From: Candidatus Krumholzibacteriia bacterium
Lineage (GTDB): Bacteria; Krumholzibacteriota; Krumholzibacteriia; JAJRXK01
Direction: 5' to 3'
Assembly (NCBI GenBank): GCA_041484665.1
Contig: JBGPIA010000005.1
Location: forward strand, 1 to 64,000
Length of the DNA stretch: 64,000 nucleotides
Shown: piece by piece, positions 46,059 through 55,682 of the stretch
Layout: each line of letters starts with the position of its first letter
How positions within the stretch are numbered: position 1 is the first letter of the stretch
Notes under the pieces: model-generated
Seen by the model: only the letters and a program-made list of their open reading frames with translations
Told to the model about the DNA's origin: nothing
Database searches by the model: none
Made by a program: the position numbers and the translations under genes

Positions 46059-47516
46059 TCAGCTCCCCGCACCGAAGACGAACGGGCGCATCAACTCCAA
46101 GCTCGCGGCCGTTGCCCCCTGCTGGGCGAGAACGAACTCCTGGGCTGCCTGCCCCAGTTGCGCGCGCCGTGTCTCGTCGTCCAGGAGCTCCTGCAGCCTC
46201 CGCGCCGCGCTCGCTTGGTCGAGCACCACGAAGGCGGCCCCCAGCTCCGCCAGACGCTCGGCCTCATACGCGTTGTGGATGCGCGGTCCGAACAGCACCG
46301 GCTGTGCGGCGACGGAGGGCTCCATGACGTTGTGCACCCCGGTCGTGAAGCTGCCACCCACGTAGCTCACGATCGTGGCGCGGTAGATCTCGGCCAGCAC
46401 GCCGACCGTATCGACCACGATGATGCGCCAGGAGTCGCGGTCGTTCCCGGAGGGAGCGGCGCCAGACGCCGCAGCGGAAGCCGCGGCAGACTCCGCAGGG
46501 GGCGCGGCGGCCGACCCGGCAGCCGACGCGATGGCGCCCGCTCGTGGCTGGCGCGTGCTCAAATCCACCAGCTCGCTCAGCCGGCGCGAGCGCAGGCCCC
46601 GCGCCCGCACGGCGGCTTCCACGCTCTCCAGATGCGCAGGCGTGGGCTCGTGCGGGACCGCGATCAGGCCGACGTCGCTGCGCGCCTGCAGGGCGTCGAG
46701 CGCGGGCGCCAGCACCACGCCTTCATCGGCGGGCCACACGCTTCCCAGCGCGATGTAGCGCCACCCGTGCACGGCCAGCGCCTGCGCGAGCGGCGACTGC
46801 TCGGCGGCGCGCCAGCGATGCACTACCTGCTCGGCGCGCGTGTCGCCCGTCACGGTCACCGCAGCTCGGACACCCAGCCCCCGCGTGAATCGGGCGGCGT
46901 CGTCCTCGCTGATGGCACCGATGGCGCTGAAGGCGTCGAACAGCTTGCCGAAAAAGCCGCGCGCCAGAGGCATCAGGCGGCGGCTCTTGCGGTGCAACGT
47001 GGCGTCCAGCAGCAGGATGGGCACGCCCGCACGTCGCGCGGCCCATACCATATTCGGCCAGCAGTCGAACTTCACGAAGACCAGAGCGCGTGGCGCCAGC
47101 AGCGCAATCAAGCGCCGCGCCGCGCCGGCTGTGTCCAGCGGCAGGTACTCCAGCGCGTCGGCCTCGCAGCGTTTGCGGGCGAAGTGCCAACCCGAGGGGC
47201 TGAACACCGTCATCAGCACCGGAACGTCCTGGCCACGCCGGCGCGCTTCCTCCTTGAGGGCGCGGATCACAGGGCGCGCCTGCTCGTACTCACCGACGCT
47301 GGTGGCGTGGAACCAGACGGCGCCGCGCAGGCGCGCGCTCTGCTGCTGTAGGCGCTGCCACAGGCCGCGGCGACCCCGCGCGCCCTCGCGCACCTTGGGG
47401 CTGGCCAGCCGGAACAGGTGGAATCCGGCTACGGCGGGCGGCACGAGCAGCCCGTTGTAGACCAGCCACGACGTCAGATCGACGCCGCGCGGGGTGTCGC
47501 GCACACCTGTCGCCAT
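46059..47516 (-). CDS. waaA: 3-deoxy-D-manno-octulosonic acid (Kdo) transferase
   Basis: WFHATSVGE, TVFSPSG, YLPLD, DCWPN, VTGDTR, GSVWP, VPHEP, DTVGVLAEIY, VGGSF..HNVMEP. Start is uncertain. Confidence 0.92.
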   Translation of the reverse strand: MATGVRDTPRGVDLTSWLVYNGLLVPPAVAGFHLFRLASPKVREGARGRRGLWQRLQQQSARLRGAVWFHATSVGEYEQARPVIRALKEEARRRGQDVPVLMTVFSPSGWHFARKRCEADALEYLPLDTAGAARRLIALLAPRALVFVKFDCWPNMVWAARRAGVPILLLDATLHRKSRRLMPLARGFFGKLFDAFSAIGAISEDDAARFTRGLGVRAAVTVTGDTRAEQVVHRWRAAEQSPLAQALAVHGWRYIALGSVWPADEGVVLAPALDALQARSDVGLIAVPHEPTPAHLESVEAAVRARGLRSRRLSELVDLSTRQPRAGAIASAAGSAAAPPAESAAASAAASGAAPSGNDRDSWRIIVVDTVGVLAEIYRATIVSYVGGSFTTGVHNVMEPSVAAQPVLFGPRIHNAYEAERLAELGAAFVVLDQASAARRLQELLDDETRRAQLGQAAQEFVLAQQGATAASLELMRPFVFGAGS

Positions 47517-48565
47517 TGCAGCTCCAGCCGTGAGTAGACCAGGTCGACGGTCGAGCGGGTCATGCACCATTGCTCGGGCATGTGGCAGGGGCGCGCTCCG
47601 TTGCGCGAGCACGGCCGACAGGGCAGCGCGTGCTCGATCACGCGGCTGCGCGAGTCGCCGGGGAAATAGCCGAGCTCACGGCTGGTCGGCCCGAACAACG
47701 CCAGCACCGGCGTGCCCACGGCTTCGGCCATGTGCATCAGCCCGCTGTCGTTGCACACCATGATCCGGCAGCGGGCGAGCAGCGCCGCGGTCGTGCGCAG
47801 CCCCAACGCGCCGCAGGCGACCGCCGGGCGCTGCGGAAGCGCGGCGGCCACCTCGGCGCAGACCACCTCTTCGCCCGGCCCGCCCACCAGCAGCACCTGC
47901 CCCAGCCCCGCCCGCTGGAAGCGGGCCAGCAAGTCGGCGTATCGGCCGGCCGGCCAGCGCTTGGGCTGATGCCTGGATCCCGGCGCCACGGCCAGCACGT
48001 CGGCCTGCAGCCTGCAGACGGCATCCGCCGCGCGCCGGTCGACATCGTCGAGGTAAAGCGCGGCGCGCCAAGCCGGGCCGGGCAGCGCGCTGGCCTGTGC
48101 GCCGGGCTGCGGTGCGGCCTGTGCGCCGGCCTGCCTTGCGCCTGGATCGTCGATCAGGGAGAGATAGCGGTCGATCATGTGCAGCTGCAGCCCGCGCGTT
48201 CGCACGCGCGTCTTGAGGAACAGCAGCCGTGCCCAGGTGTCCTTGGGGAGCCGCGCGGTCGGCGCCGGCGGCAGCCACCACGTGAGCACGCGGCTGCGCA
48301 GCGTGTTGTGGGCATCGATGATGCGGTCGAAGGTGACCGGCTCCAGCTGCGCCGCCAGAGCGGCCAGCGCCCCCCGCGACGGACCGTCCGCGAGTGCGGC
48401 GATGCCGTCCACACGGGAGTCGTTGCGATAGAGCTCGGCGTAGCGCGCCTTGGTGGCCAGGGTGATGCGCGCTCGCGGATGTCGCGCTCGCAATGCCGTG
48501 AGCAGCGCGCTCAGGAGCACCAGATCGCCCAGCGAGCCGAACCGAATGACGAGGATGCGCTCCAT
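47474..48565 (-). CDS. GT9 LPS heptosyltransferase (WaaF-like)
   Basis: ILVIRFGSLGDLVL, APGSRHQPKRWP, CNDSGLMHMAEAVGTPVLALFGPT, CRPCS..C..C. Confidence 0.93.
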   Translation of the reverse strand: MERILVIRFGSLGDLVLLSALLTALRARHPRARITLATKARYAELYRNDSRVDGIAALADGPSRGALAALAAQLEPVTFDRIIDAHNTLRSRVLTWWLPPAPTARLPKDTWARLLFLKTRVRTRGLQLHMIDRYLSLIDDPGARQAGAQAAPQPGAQASALPGPAWRAALYLDDVDRRAADAVCRLQADVLAVAPGSRHQPKRWPAGRYADLLARFQRAGLGQVLLVGGPGEEVVCAEVAAALPQRPAVACGALGLRTTAALLARCRIMVCNDSGLMHMAEAVGTPVLALFGPTSRELGYFPGDSRSRVIEHALPCRPCSRNGARPCHMPEQWCMTRSTVDLVYSRLELQWRQVCATPRAASI

Positions 48566-48620
48566 AGGATCCGGGGGCTGCAGCCGGCGCGCTCCCGCGA
48601 GATCGTCGCGCGGCACGCAG

Positions 48621-48716
48621 CGGCCAAGGACGACCGCGGCCAAGGACGACCGCGGCCGAGGATGGCAACGGCCGGGCACGGCTGCGGCCAAGCACGACCG
48701 TGGCCGGGGATGACCG
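48621..48716. repeat. Six-copy 16-bp tandem repeat in the 5' region of the GT9-waaA operon
   Basis: CGGCCAAGGACGACCG twice, then CGGCCGAGGATGGCAA, CGGCCGGGCACGGCTG, CGGCCAAGCACGACCG, TGGCCGGGGATGACCG. Confidence 0.85.
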
Positions 48717-48778
48717 CGCCCGATGACCGATGTGACCGAAGACCGGGGCAGCCGAGGTCGACGGCGGGCGAGGGCGAA

Positions 48779-48807
48779 AGGCTAGGGCTGCGCCGAGGGC
48801 GTGTCAA
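48779..48807 (-). promoter_or_regulatory. Promoter for GT9-waaA
   Basis: Minus strand TTGACA-N17-TAGCCT. Confidence 0.6.
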
Positions 48808-48953
48808 TGCGGGCCCCCGCCGGACGCGCCGCTGCCAGGAGTGGCGGGCCCGCCCTGGGGCGCGCGTCCCGCCCGCGCTTGTCCGGGCCGCGGGGGGCGC
48901 TTATGCTGCCGGCGACCCAACGGATCCGCCTGCCTCCGCTGGGAGACCCTTCG

Positions 48954-50204
48954 TTGAGCCTGTTCCTGGAGCTCTCGATCATCGCCGTGCTGCTGGCGCT
49001 GTCGGCGTGGTTCAGCGGCAGCGAGACCGCTTTGCTCTCGCTGGGCGACGTCGACCTCGACGACATGGAACGCCACGGCTCCACGGCCGCCCGCCAGGCC
49101 GCTGCCCTTGCCCGCCGGCCCTATCGCATCCTGGCCACATTGCTGCTGGGCAATATGGCCGTGAACATCGTGATCTCGGTGCGGGCCACCGCGCTATTCG
49201 TGGACGCGTTCGGCACCGCGGGGCTGGGGATCGCCATCCCGGCGGTGACGGTGGGGCTGTTGATCCTGGGCGACATCGTCCCCAAGTCGCTCGGTTTGCG
49301 CCACAGCCGTCGCCTGGCGGAGCTCGCGGCGCCCGCGGTCGGCGCGCTGGCGTGGGCGTTGGGCCCCGTGCGCGCGGGGCTCGAGCGGCTGGCCCACGCC
49401 GCTTCTGGACCGGCACGTCCGGCTCCGCTGGACCGCGATGAGCTCGCCACGCTGGTGGACGTGGCGCGCGAGGAGGGCGCGCTCTCGCCCTTCGACGCAC
49501 GCGTGCTGGGCGGAATCCTGCGCTTCACCGAGATCAGCGTGGGGCGCGCCATGACCCCTCGCGTCGACCTCTTCGCGATCGCGGCGGGCGCCGAGCCTGC
49601 GGAGATCCCGCTCGCCTTCGAGCGCTCGGGGCGCAGCCGCTTGCCCGTCTACGACGGGGACCTGGATCACATCGTGGGAATCCTGCTGCTCAAGGACTAC
49701 CTCACGTTTGAGGGCGACCGCAGCGCGCTGGGCCCTCGCCACCTGATGCGCGAGCCGTACTTCGTCCCCGAGACCACCCGCGCCGACCGCTTGTTCCGCG
49801 AGTTCCAGGCGCGCCGCATCCACATCGCCGTGGTCGTGGGGGAGCACGGCGGTGTGGAGGGAATCGTCACGCTGGAGGATCTCATCGAGGAGCTGATCGG
49901 TGACTTCCACGACGAGGCTGACGAGCCGCGCGTGGAGCTCGAGCGCCTGCGCGAGGGGGTCTGGCGCGTGGATGCGCGCATCGAGCTCGACGACCTCAGC
50001 GAGGCCATCGGCGGCAGCTTGGACCAGGGGGAGGGGGCGGTCACGCTGGCCGGCCTCCTGGGAGAGCTGCTGGGACGCGTGCCACGCGCTGGCGACGCCG
50101 CGCGCAGCGGCGGCTTCGAGTTCCGCGTGCTCAAGGCGGTGCCGACCCGGCCCTTGGTGGTGCGTGTCGCGCGGCTTTCCGCCGACGCGGAGAAGGAGCG
50201 CTGA
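48954..50204 (+). CDS. CNNM/HlyC-CorC family protein (DUF21 + CBS pair + CorC)
   Basis: SAWFSGSETALLSL, LLGNMAVN, GDIVPKS, MTPRVD, GRSRLPVY, GIVTLEDLIEELIGD. Start is uncertain. Confidence 0.92.
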   Translation: MSLFLELSIIAVLLALSAWFSGSETALLSLGDVDLDDMERHGSTAARQAAALARRPYRILATLLLGNMAVNIVISVRATALFVDAFGTAGLGIAIPAVTVGLLILGDIVPKSLGLRHSRRLAELAAPAVGALAWALGPVRAGLERLAHAASGPARPAPLDRDELATLVDVAREEGALSPFDARVLGGILRFTEISVGRAMTPRVDLFAIAAGAEPAEIPLAFERSGRSRLPVYDGDLDHIVGILLLKDYLTFEGDRSALGPRHLMREPYFVPETTRADRLFREFQARRIHIAVVVGEHGGVEGIVTLEDLIEELIGDFHDEADEPRVELERLREGVWRVDARIELDDLSEAIGGSLDQGEGAVTLAGLLGELLGRVPRAGDAARSGGFEFRVLKAVPTRPLVVRVARLSADAEKER

Positions 50205-50212
50205 GCCCGGCC

Positions 50213-51205
50213 ATGGACTGGACGACCAGCCTGCTGGTGATGGCGGCCAGTGTCGCGCTGAGCGGCTTCTTCGATGGCACCGAGACGGGCTTCACGAGCG
50301 TGCGGCGCATCCGCCTGCTGCATCGCGCCCGCGCTGGGAGCCGCTTGGCGGCCCTGGCGGCGCGGCTGGCGGCCGACCGCGAGCAGGTGATCCTGTCGGC
50401 CGTGGTGGCCAGCAACGCCATGACGGTTGCCGGCAGCGCCGTGGCGACCGTGGGCTTCCGCGCGCGTTTCGGAGAGGCAGGCGAGACGCTGGCGGCCGTG
50501 CTCATGACTGCGCTCACCATCGTATTCGGGCAGGTGCTTCCCAAATCCCTCTACCGCGCGCACCCCGAGACGCTCACGACCTGGTCGGCGCTGCCATTCC
50601 TGCTCGCCACGCGGGCGCTGATCCCGCTGCAGTGGCTCATCCTGACGCTGTCACGGGGCGTGCTCGGTCTGATCGGGCAATCGGCGCGCGGCGCCACGTC
50701 GCGCCTGACCAAGGAGCGCATCCTGATGAGCTTCGAGCTGAGCATGCGCGGCGAGGAGCTCGCCGAGTTGGAGGAGAGCCTGGTGCGCCGCTTCGTGCAC
50801 GGGTCGCAGCTCTCGTTGGCGCAGGTGATGACGCCGATGCGGGAGGTCACGGCCGTCCGCAGCGGCGAGTCGGTGGCGCATGCCCTGGAGCTGGTGCGGA
50901 GCACCGGACACTCGCGTCTGCCGCTGCTCGACTCCGAAGACGACATCCAGGGCCTGGTGCTGTTTCGAGACCTGATCCACGCCGGAGCCCAGGAGCCGGT
51001 CGAGGACTACGCCCGCACGATGCTGTTCCTCTCCGCTACCATGGGGCTGGACGAGGCGATCGCGGCCCTGTCCCACGCGCGCGCCAGCACTGCTGCAGTG
51101 ATCGACGCCTTGGACGCGGCGGTCGGCATCGTGTCCCTGGAGGACCTGCTGGAGCCGCTGCTGGGCGAGATGGCCGATGAGCACGATCCCAAGGCAGCGG
51201 CCTGA
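50213..51205 (+). CDS. CNNM (DUF21 + CBS) protein lacking the CorC domain
   Basis: SGFFDGTETGF, GQVLPKS, VMTPMREV, GHSRLPL, GIVSLEDLLEPLLGE. Confidence 0.9.
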   Translation: MDWTTSLLVMAASVALSGFFDGTETGFTSVRRIRLLHRARAGSRLAALAARLAADREQVILSAVVASNAMTVAGSAVATVGFRARFGEAGETLAAVLMTALTIVFGQVLPKSLYRAHPETLTTWSALPFLLATRALIPLQWLILTLSRGVLGLIGQSARGATSRLTKERILMSFELSMRGEELAELEESLVRRFVHGSQLSLAQVMTPMREVTAVRSGESVAHALELVRSTGHSRLPLLDSEDDIQGLVLFRDLIHAGAQEPVEDYARTMLFLSATMGLDEAIAALSHARASTAAVIDALDAAVGIVSLEDLLEPLLGEMADEHDPKAAA

Positions 51206-51408
51206 TCCTGTCGCAGAGCGACGCTGCGGCGCGCCGATTCCGAAACGTCTGGAGCGTTGTGTGCCCCGGCGCCGCCGCGAGGCGCGTTGTTCCTTGTGCG
51301 TCCAGGCGGCGGGGAATAGACTGTCGCGGCCATCGCCCGCGGCGCTGCCCGGCGCCCGCTCCGGAGGTCCGGACCCGCAGCAGCGCTGCCGCACTGGAAG
51401 GATGCTCC

Positions 51409-51966
51409 ATGGCCGTGAAGGTCGACGTCGGTAAGCGGATCAAAGAGTACCGGCAGCGCTACAACCTCACGCTCAAGGAGATCGAGTCGCGCGTGGACGT
51501 CAGCGCGACCCACGTCTCCGAAATCGAGCGGGGCAAGACTTCTCCCACCGTGGGTGCTCTCAGCAAGATCGCGGCTGCGCTCGAGGTGGATCCCGCCCTG
51601 TTCCTGGCCGGCGACAACCTGCCCGATGTGGCGGTGAGCCGCGCGGGCGAGCGCAGCGTCGTGCGCTTCGAGCAGGAGCGCCTGGGGCTGGAAGCTCTGT
51701 CCGGAGCCGTGCCGTCGCAAGCGCTCAGCGTGGTGCTCATGACCTGGGAGCCCGGGACCGGGCACGGCCCGCCGCGGGTGCGCGAAGGGGAGGAGTTCGG
51801 CCTGGTGATCAGCGGCAAGCTCGACGTGCGTGTGGGGGAACAGACGTACGTCGTGTGCGAGGGAGACTCGATCCATTTTCGCGCCGACGTGCCCCACAGC
51901 GTCGCCAACGCCGGGGACGGTCCCTGCCACGCGATCTGGGCCACGTCCCCCAAGCTGGGATTCTGA
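51409..51966 (+). CDS. XRE-family HTH regulator with cupin domain
   Basis: VGKRIKEYRQ..LTLKE..SEIERGKTSPT; GEEFGLVISG..GDSIHF..PH. Confidence 0.92.
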   Translation: MAVKVDVGKRIKEYRQRYNLTLKEIESRVDVSATHVSEIERGKTSPTVGALSKIAAALEVDPALFLAGDNLPDVAVSRAGERSVVRFEQERLGLEALSGAVPSQALSVVLMTWEPGTGHGPPRVREGEEFGLVISGKLDVRVGEQTYVVCEGDSIHFRADVPHSVANAGDGPCHAIWATSPKLGF

Positions 51967-52009
51967 CGGCGCTGGCCCGGGCATCCGCGGCGCGCGGCGG
52001 GGGGTGGCA

Positions 52010-52564
52010 GTGGACAATCACATCATCGGCAGTCGGCTCAAGGAGGTGCGCAAGTCGCTCGACCTTACCCTGAAGGCCATCGAAGCGCGCGCCGGCGTCT
52101 CGGCGACGCACATCTCCGAGATCGAGCGCGGCAAGACGTCTCCCACCATCGGAGCGCTGGGCAAGATCGCCTCCGCGCTGGGGAAGGACATCACGTACTT
52201 CCTGGAGAAAGAGCCGCTCGACGACGTGTGCCACCAGGTGCCTGCGGAGCGCGGGGCCGAGCCGCTGCCGTGGGGTGGCGGCTCGCTCACGCGCCTCACG
52301 CGTCTGGTGCCGGGGGCGCGCCTGTCGGCCTACCAGTTGCGACTCGATCCGGGCGGCCGGCCCAGCGTGGAGCACGGCCACGAGGGAAACGAGCTCTTCT
52401 ACGTCCTGCGCGGGTCGGTGCGCTTCCACGTCGGGGGCGAGGAGCACCTGCTCGGCGAGGGCGACAGCATCCACCTGCGCTCGCAGACGCCCCACCGCTA
52501 CGCCAACGCGGGCATCGGTGTGGCAGACGTGCTCTTCTTCACCACGCAGCGCCACACCCTCTAG
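52010..52564 (+). CDS. XRE-family HTH regulator with cupin domain (paralog)
   Basis: IGSRLKEVRK..SEIERGKTSPT; HGHEGNELFYVLRG..GDSIHL..PHRY. Confidence 0.92.
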   Translation: MDNHIIGSRLKEVRKSLDLTLKAIEARAGVSATHISEIERGKTSPTIGALGKIASALGKDITYFLEKEPLDDVCHQVPAERGAEPLPWGGGSLTRLTRLVPGARLSAYQLRLDPGGRPSVEHGHEGNELFYVLRGSVRFHVGGEEHLLGEGDSIHLRSQTPHRYANAGIGVADVLFFTTQRHTL

Positions 52565-52600
52565 TCAGCTCCCGCTCTTGCCAGGAGGCGCGCGTCCGCC

Positions 52601-53104
52601 ATGAGCCCCATGGACCGCATGGATCGCAACGACGAGCTGATCCTGGCTGCCGCGGCGATGTTCCACGCCGCCGCCATGCAGCAGATGGGCAAGCTGGTCA
52701 ATCCACTGACGAACAAGGCCGAGGTCGACCTCGCGCAAGCGCGCTTCTCCATCGACCTGCTGGCCGCGCTGCTGGCCAAGACCCAGGGCCATCTGCACGC
52801 CGACGCCGTGCGCGAGCTGGAGGCGCTGGTTTTCCAGCTGCGCATGAACTACCTTGACGAGGCGCGCAAGTCGCAGCGCCCGCCAGACGAGGGCGCGCCG
52901 GTCGAAAGCGCGCACGCTGAGGGTGCGCCGGCTGACCACGCGCAGGCCACAGCCGCGCAGGCGGAACGCGTGCAAGCCGAGGGTGCGCGGGCCGCGCACG
53001 ATCCAACCCCAGGCAGCCAGACGCAGGCGGGCTCGGCCGAGGCGACGACCGCTGAGGGCGGCCGCACGCAGAACACCCCGGGGAGCGAGCCGTCGTCGTC
53101 GTGA
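52601..53104 (+). CDS. DUF1844-like protein with low-complexity tail
   Basis: AMQQMGKLVNP..DLAQARFSIDLL..KTQG.L..LRMNY pattern; AGGAGG RBS. Confidence 0.8.
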   Translation: MSPMDRMDRNDELILAAAAMFHAAAMQQMGKLVNPLTNKAEVDLAQARFSIDLLAALLAKTQGHLHADAVRELEALVFQLRMNYLDEARKSQRPPDEGAPVESAHAEGAPADHAQATAAQAERVQAEGARAAHDPTPGSQTQAGSAEATTAEGGRTQNTPGSEPSSS

Positions 53105-54591
53105 GGCGCCGTCTGGACCGGATGCTGATGGGCGCGGCCATGGCGGCCGCCCTGTCGCCGGCACCCGCGCACGCGGCCAGTGAGATCGGGCCCACCGCCC
53201 TCGGCGTTCCCGGCCTGTGGAACACGATCGTCGCGCCGGAGACGCAGGAGAGCGCGGGGGTGCGCCTGGGACTCTTCGCCGGGACTGCAACCGTCGATCC
53301 CGCCTTCGGATTCCGTTCGCAGAGCCTCGCTCCGTCCGCCGGATCCCGGCTGCTCGCCCTGCAGATCGGCCTGCGTCCTTCGCGCGGGGTCGTCATCGCC
53401 GGCAACCTCCCGTTCCGCTGGACCAGCGTCGATGGCGGCGCCTCACACAGCGGGGTGGGCGACGCGCAATTGGCGATTTCGATGAGCTGGTTGTCGAGCC
53501 GGCGGCTGCGCCTGGGATCGTGGGGATCGATGCGCATTCCCACTGGCCGCCAGAGCGCAGGGCTCAGCACCGGGCAGACCGAAGGGGAGTTCGGCGTCCA
53601 CTCCAGCGTGGTGTTCTTTGCCAACAGCACGCTCCCCGAGACGCGCTGGCACTTCAACGTCGGCTACCGGCTCAACAAGAACGAGCACGATGGCTACGGA
53701 GTGCTCGACCCCGCCGCGGTCGATCCGGGGCACAGCGGGATCTTCCCGCCATATTACCCGCCGGCCTCCAAGGGGCCCGCCGACAACGACGAGCTCCTGC
53801 TGCGCACGGCCCTGGAGTTTCGCCGCCGCTGGGCGCACCTGTTCCTGGAGGCGTCGGTGGACTGGCTGACCGGCCGCGAAGGGATCGCCTTCAAGGAGAA
53901 CGCCTCCTGGATCACGCCGGGCCTCTACCTGGGCAATGACGACGGGCCCGCCCTGAAGGTGGCGTGGGCGATCGGGCTGCACGCCGACGATCTCCGGACG
54001 GCCTACGTGCCGCAGCTGCCCGACTGGGTGTTCAGCGTGGGAATCTCGCAGCCCCTGTTCGTGGGTGGCCGCGATCGCGACGGTGACGGCATCCCCGACA
54101 AACGGGACCGCTGCCCCGACGCGCCCGAGGACATCGACGGCTACCAGGACGACGATGGGTGCCCCGATCTCGACAACGACGGCGACGGCATTCCCGACCG
54201 CCTCGACCTGGCCCCGAACCTCCCGGAGGACTTCGACGGCTTCGAGGACCAGGACGGCCGCCCCGATCTCGACAACGATCTCGACGGCATCCCCGACGCG
54301 CAGGACCTCTGTCCGAACCAGCCCGAGGATTTCAACGGGTACCAGGACCTGGATGGCTGCCCCGATGCCATCGTCGACCGCGACCACGACGGGATCCCCG
54401 ACTCGCGGGATGCCTGCCCTGATGCACCCGAGGACATCGATGGATTCGAGGATCAGGACGGCTGCCCGGATCTGGACAACGACCTCGATGGCATCCCCGA
54501 CACGCGCGACGCCTGCCCCAACGACCCCGAGGACTACAACGGCTTCCGCGACGACGACGGCTGCCCCGACGGCGGATCGAGCGGAGGTTGA
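53101..54591 (+). CDS. Outer-membrane protein with thrombospondin type-3 (Ca-binding) repeats
   Basis: Signal peptide; barrel-like N-region (SGVGDAQL..IPTG); repeated DxDGDGIPDxxDxCPxxPEDxDGFxDxDGCPD from about 54070. Confidence 0.85.
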   Translation: MRRRLDRMLMGAAMAAALSPAPAHAASEIGPTALGVPGLWNTIVAPETQESAGVRLGLFAGTATVDPAFGFRSQSLAPSAGSRLLALQIGLRPSRGVVIAGNLPFRWTSVDGGASHSGVGDAQLAISMSWLSSRRLRLGSWGSMRIPTGRQSAGLSTGQTEGEFGVHSSVVFFANSTLPETRWHFNVGYRLNKNEHDGYGVLDPAAVDPGHSGIFPPYYPPASKGPADNDELLLRTALEFRRRWAHLFLEASVDWLTGREGIAFKENASWITPGLYLGNDDGPALKVAWAIGLHADDLRTAYVPQLPDWVFSVGISQPLFVGGRDRDGDGIPDKRDRCPDAPEDIDGYQDDDGCPDLDNDGDGIPDRLDLAPNLPEDFDGFEDQDGRPDLDNDLDGIPDAQDLCPNQPEDFNGYQDLDGCPDAIVDRDHDGIPDSRDACPDAPEDIDGFEDQDGCPDLDNDLDGIPDTRDACPNDPEDYNGFRDDDGCPDGGSSGG

Positions 54592-55568
54592 GCCGGGCCG
54601 GGCGCCCGCTGCTCCCGCTCCATCCGCTGCGCCCGCTTTGCGCGCTCCGTGCGCTTCGTGGGCTCCGCGTGCGCGGCACGCTCGGCCGCGTCGAGCTCCT
54701 TCGCCGCGCGCCAGGCCGCCGCGAGCTGCTGGCGGCCCATCGCGCGCAGCTGCTGCGCGTCGAACCCCTGCTCGGCCTCCACGCGGCGGAAGCGGCGCGC
54801 GAACTTGGCGTTGGTCACGCGCAGCGCCGCATCGGGGTCGATGTCCAGCTTGCGCGCAAGCTGCGTGACGGTGAACAACACGTCGCCCAGCTCCTCCAGC
54901 GCGTTCGCCCGCTGGCCGGCCGCCTGCGCGGTGCGCACCACCCAAACCTCCTGAAGTTCCTGCAGCTCCTCGCCCAGCTTGGCGTGCACGGACTCGGCAT
55001 CCGGCCAGTCAAAGCCGAACTCGGCGGCGCTGCTGCCGTAGGCGAACGCCTGCCGCAGCGGCGATGTGGAGGGCGAGAGGTCCTTGAGCACGCTGGGGGG
55101 CGGAATTGGCGGCGGCCCCGGCGGCGCTGTTTCGCCGGCGCCCGTCGGCCCGGTGCCGGGCCCACCTTCTGGAGCAGCCCTGGCCGGCTCTCCGCGGCGC
55201 TCTTGCGCCTTGATGCGGTTCCAGAGGATCTGACTATCCTCGGCGGTGAGCGCCTGCTCGGTCCCAAAGACGTGGGGGTGGCGGCGGACCAGCTTGTCGG
55301 CACCGGCGCCCGCTACGGCGTCGAACGTCCCCGGCGCCTGCTCGCTGAGCAGCAACCAGTTGAAGCACACCATGTAGAGGAGGTCCGCCAGCTCCGCGCG
55401 CGATTCCTCAAGATCACCGACGATGGCCGCGTCGGCGTACTCGTGGACCTCGTCGGCCAGAAACCGCGCCGCGCTGGCGAGGGTCTGCTTGCGGTCCCAG
55501 GGGCACCCGTCGGGGCCCCGCAAGCGCTCCAGGATCGCCAGGAGCCGCGAGAGCTCGGGGAACGACAC
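54534..55568 (-). CDS. mazG: MazG nucleoside triphosphate pyrophosphohydrolase
   Basis: GGAGGAG RBS before GTG; LRGPDGCPWDRKQT, ELADLL, KLVRRHPHVFG, GFDWPD, EELGDVLF, NAKFARRF. Confidence 0.92.
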   Translation of the reverse strand: MSFPELSRLLAILERLRGPDGCPWDRKQTLASAARFLADEVHEYADAAIVGDLEESRAELADLLYMVCFNWLLLSEQAPGTFDAVAGAGADKLVRRHPHVFGTEQALTAEDSQILWNRIKAQERRGEPARAAPEGGPGTGPTGAGETAPPGPPPIPPPSVLKDLSPSTSPLRQAFAYGSSAAEFGFDWPDAESVHAKLGEELQELQEVWVVRTAQAAGQRANALEELGDVLFTVTQLARKLDIDPDAALRVTNAKFARRFRRVEAEQGFDAQQLRAMGRQQLAAAWRAAKELDAAERAAHAEPTKRTERAKRAQRMEREQRAPGPAQPPLDPPSGQPSSSRKPL

Positions 55569-55613
55569 GGGGTCTCCTCCCGCGGCGCGCCGCTGCGGAA
55601 CCGGAGCGCCCGT

Positions 55614-55643
55614 TTGACTCAGCCACGCCGGCTTGGGTAGGCT
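55614..55643 (+). promoter_or_regulatory. Possible promoter for the uvrA operon
   Basis: TTGACT-N18-TAGGCT. Confidence 0.45.
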
Positions 55644-55682
55644 CAATCCTTCCGGCCCGTCCGGAGCGGCGCCGCCAACGCA

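Noticed and set aside
48621..48716. Possible CRISPR array
   Set aside because: The units are contiguous 16-mers with no spacers, and there are no cas genes in the window.
48954..51205. Tandem CNNM pair as a novelty
   Set aside because: Paired DUF21-CBS genes are a familiar arrangement in many bacteria.
54070..54570. DNA repeats suggesting a mobile or CRISPR element
   Set aside because: Explained by the coding TSP3 repeats.
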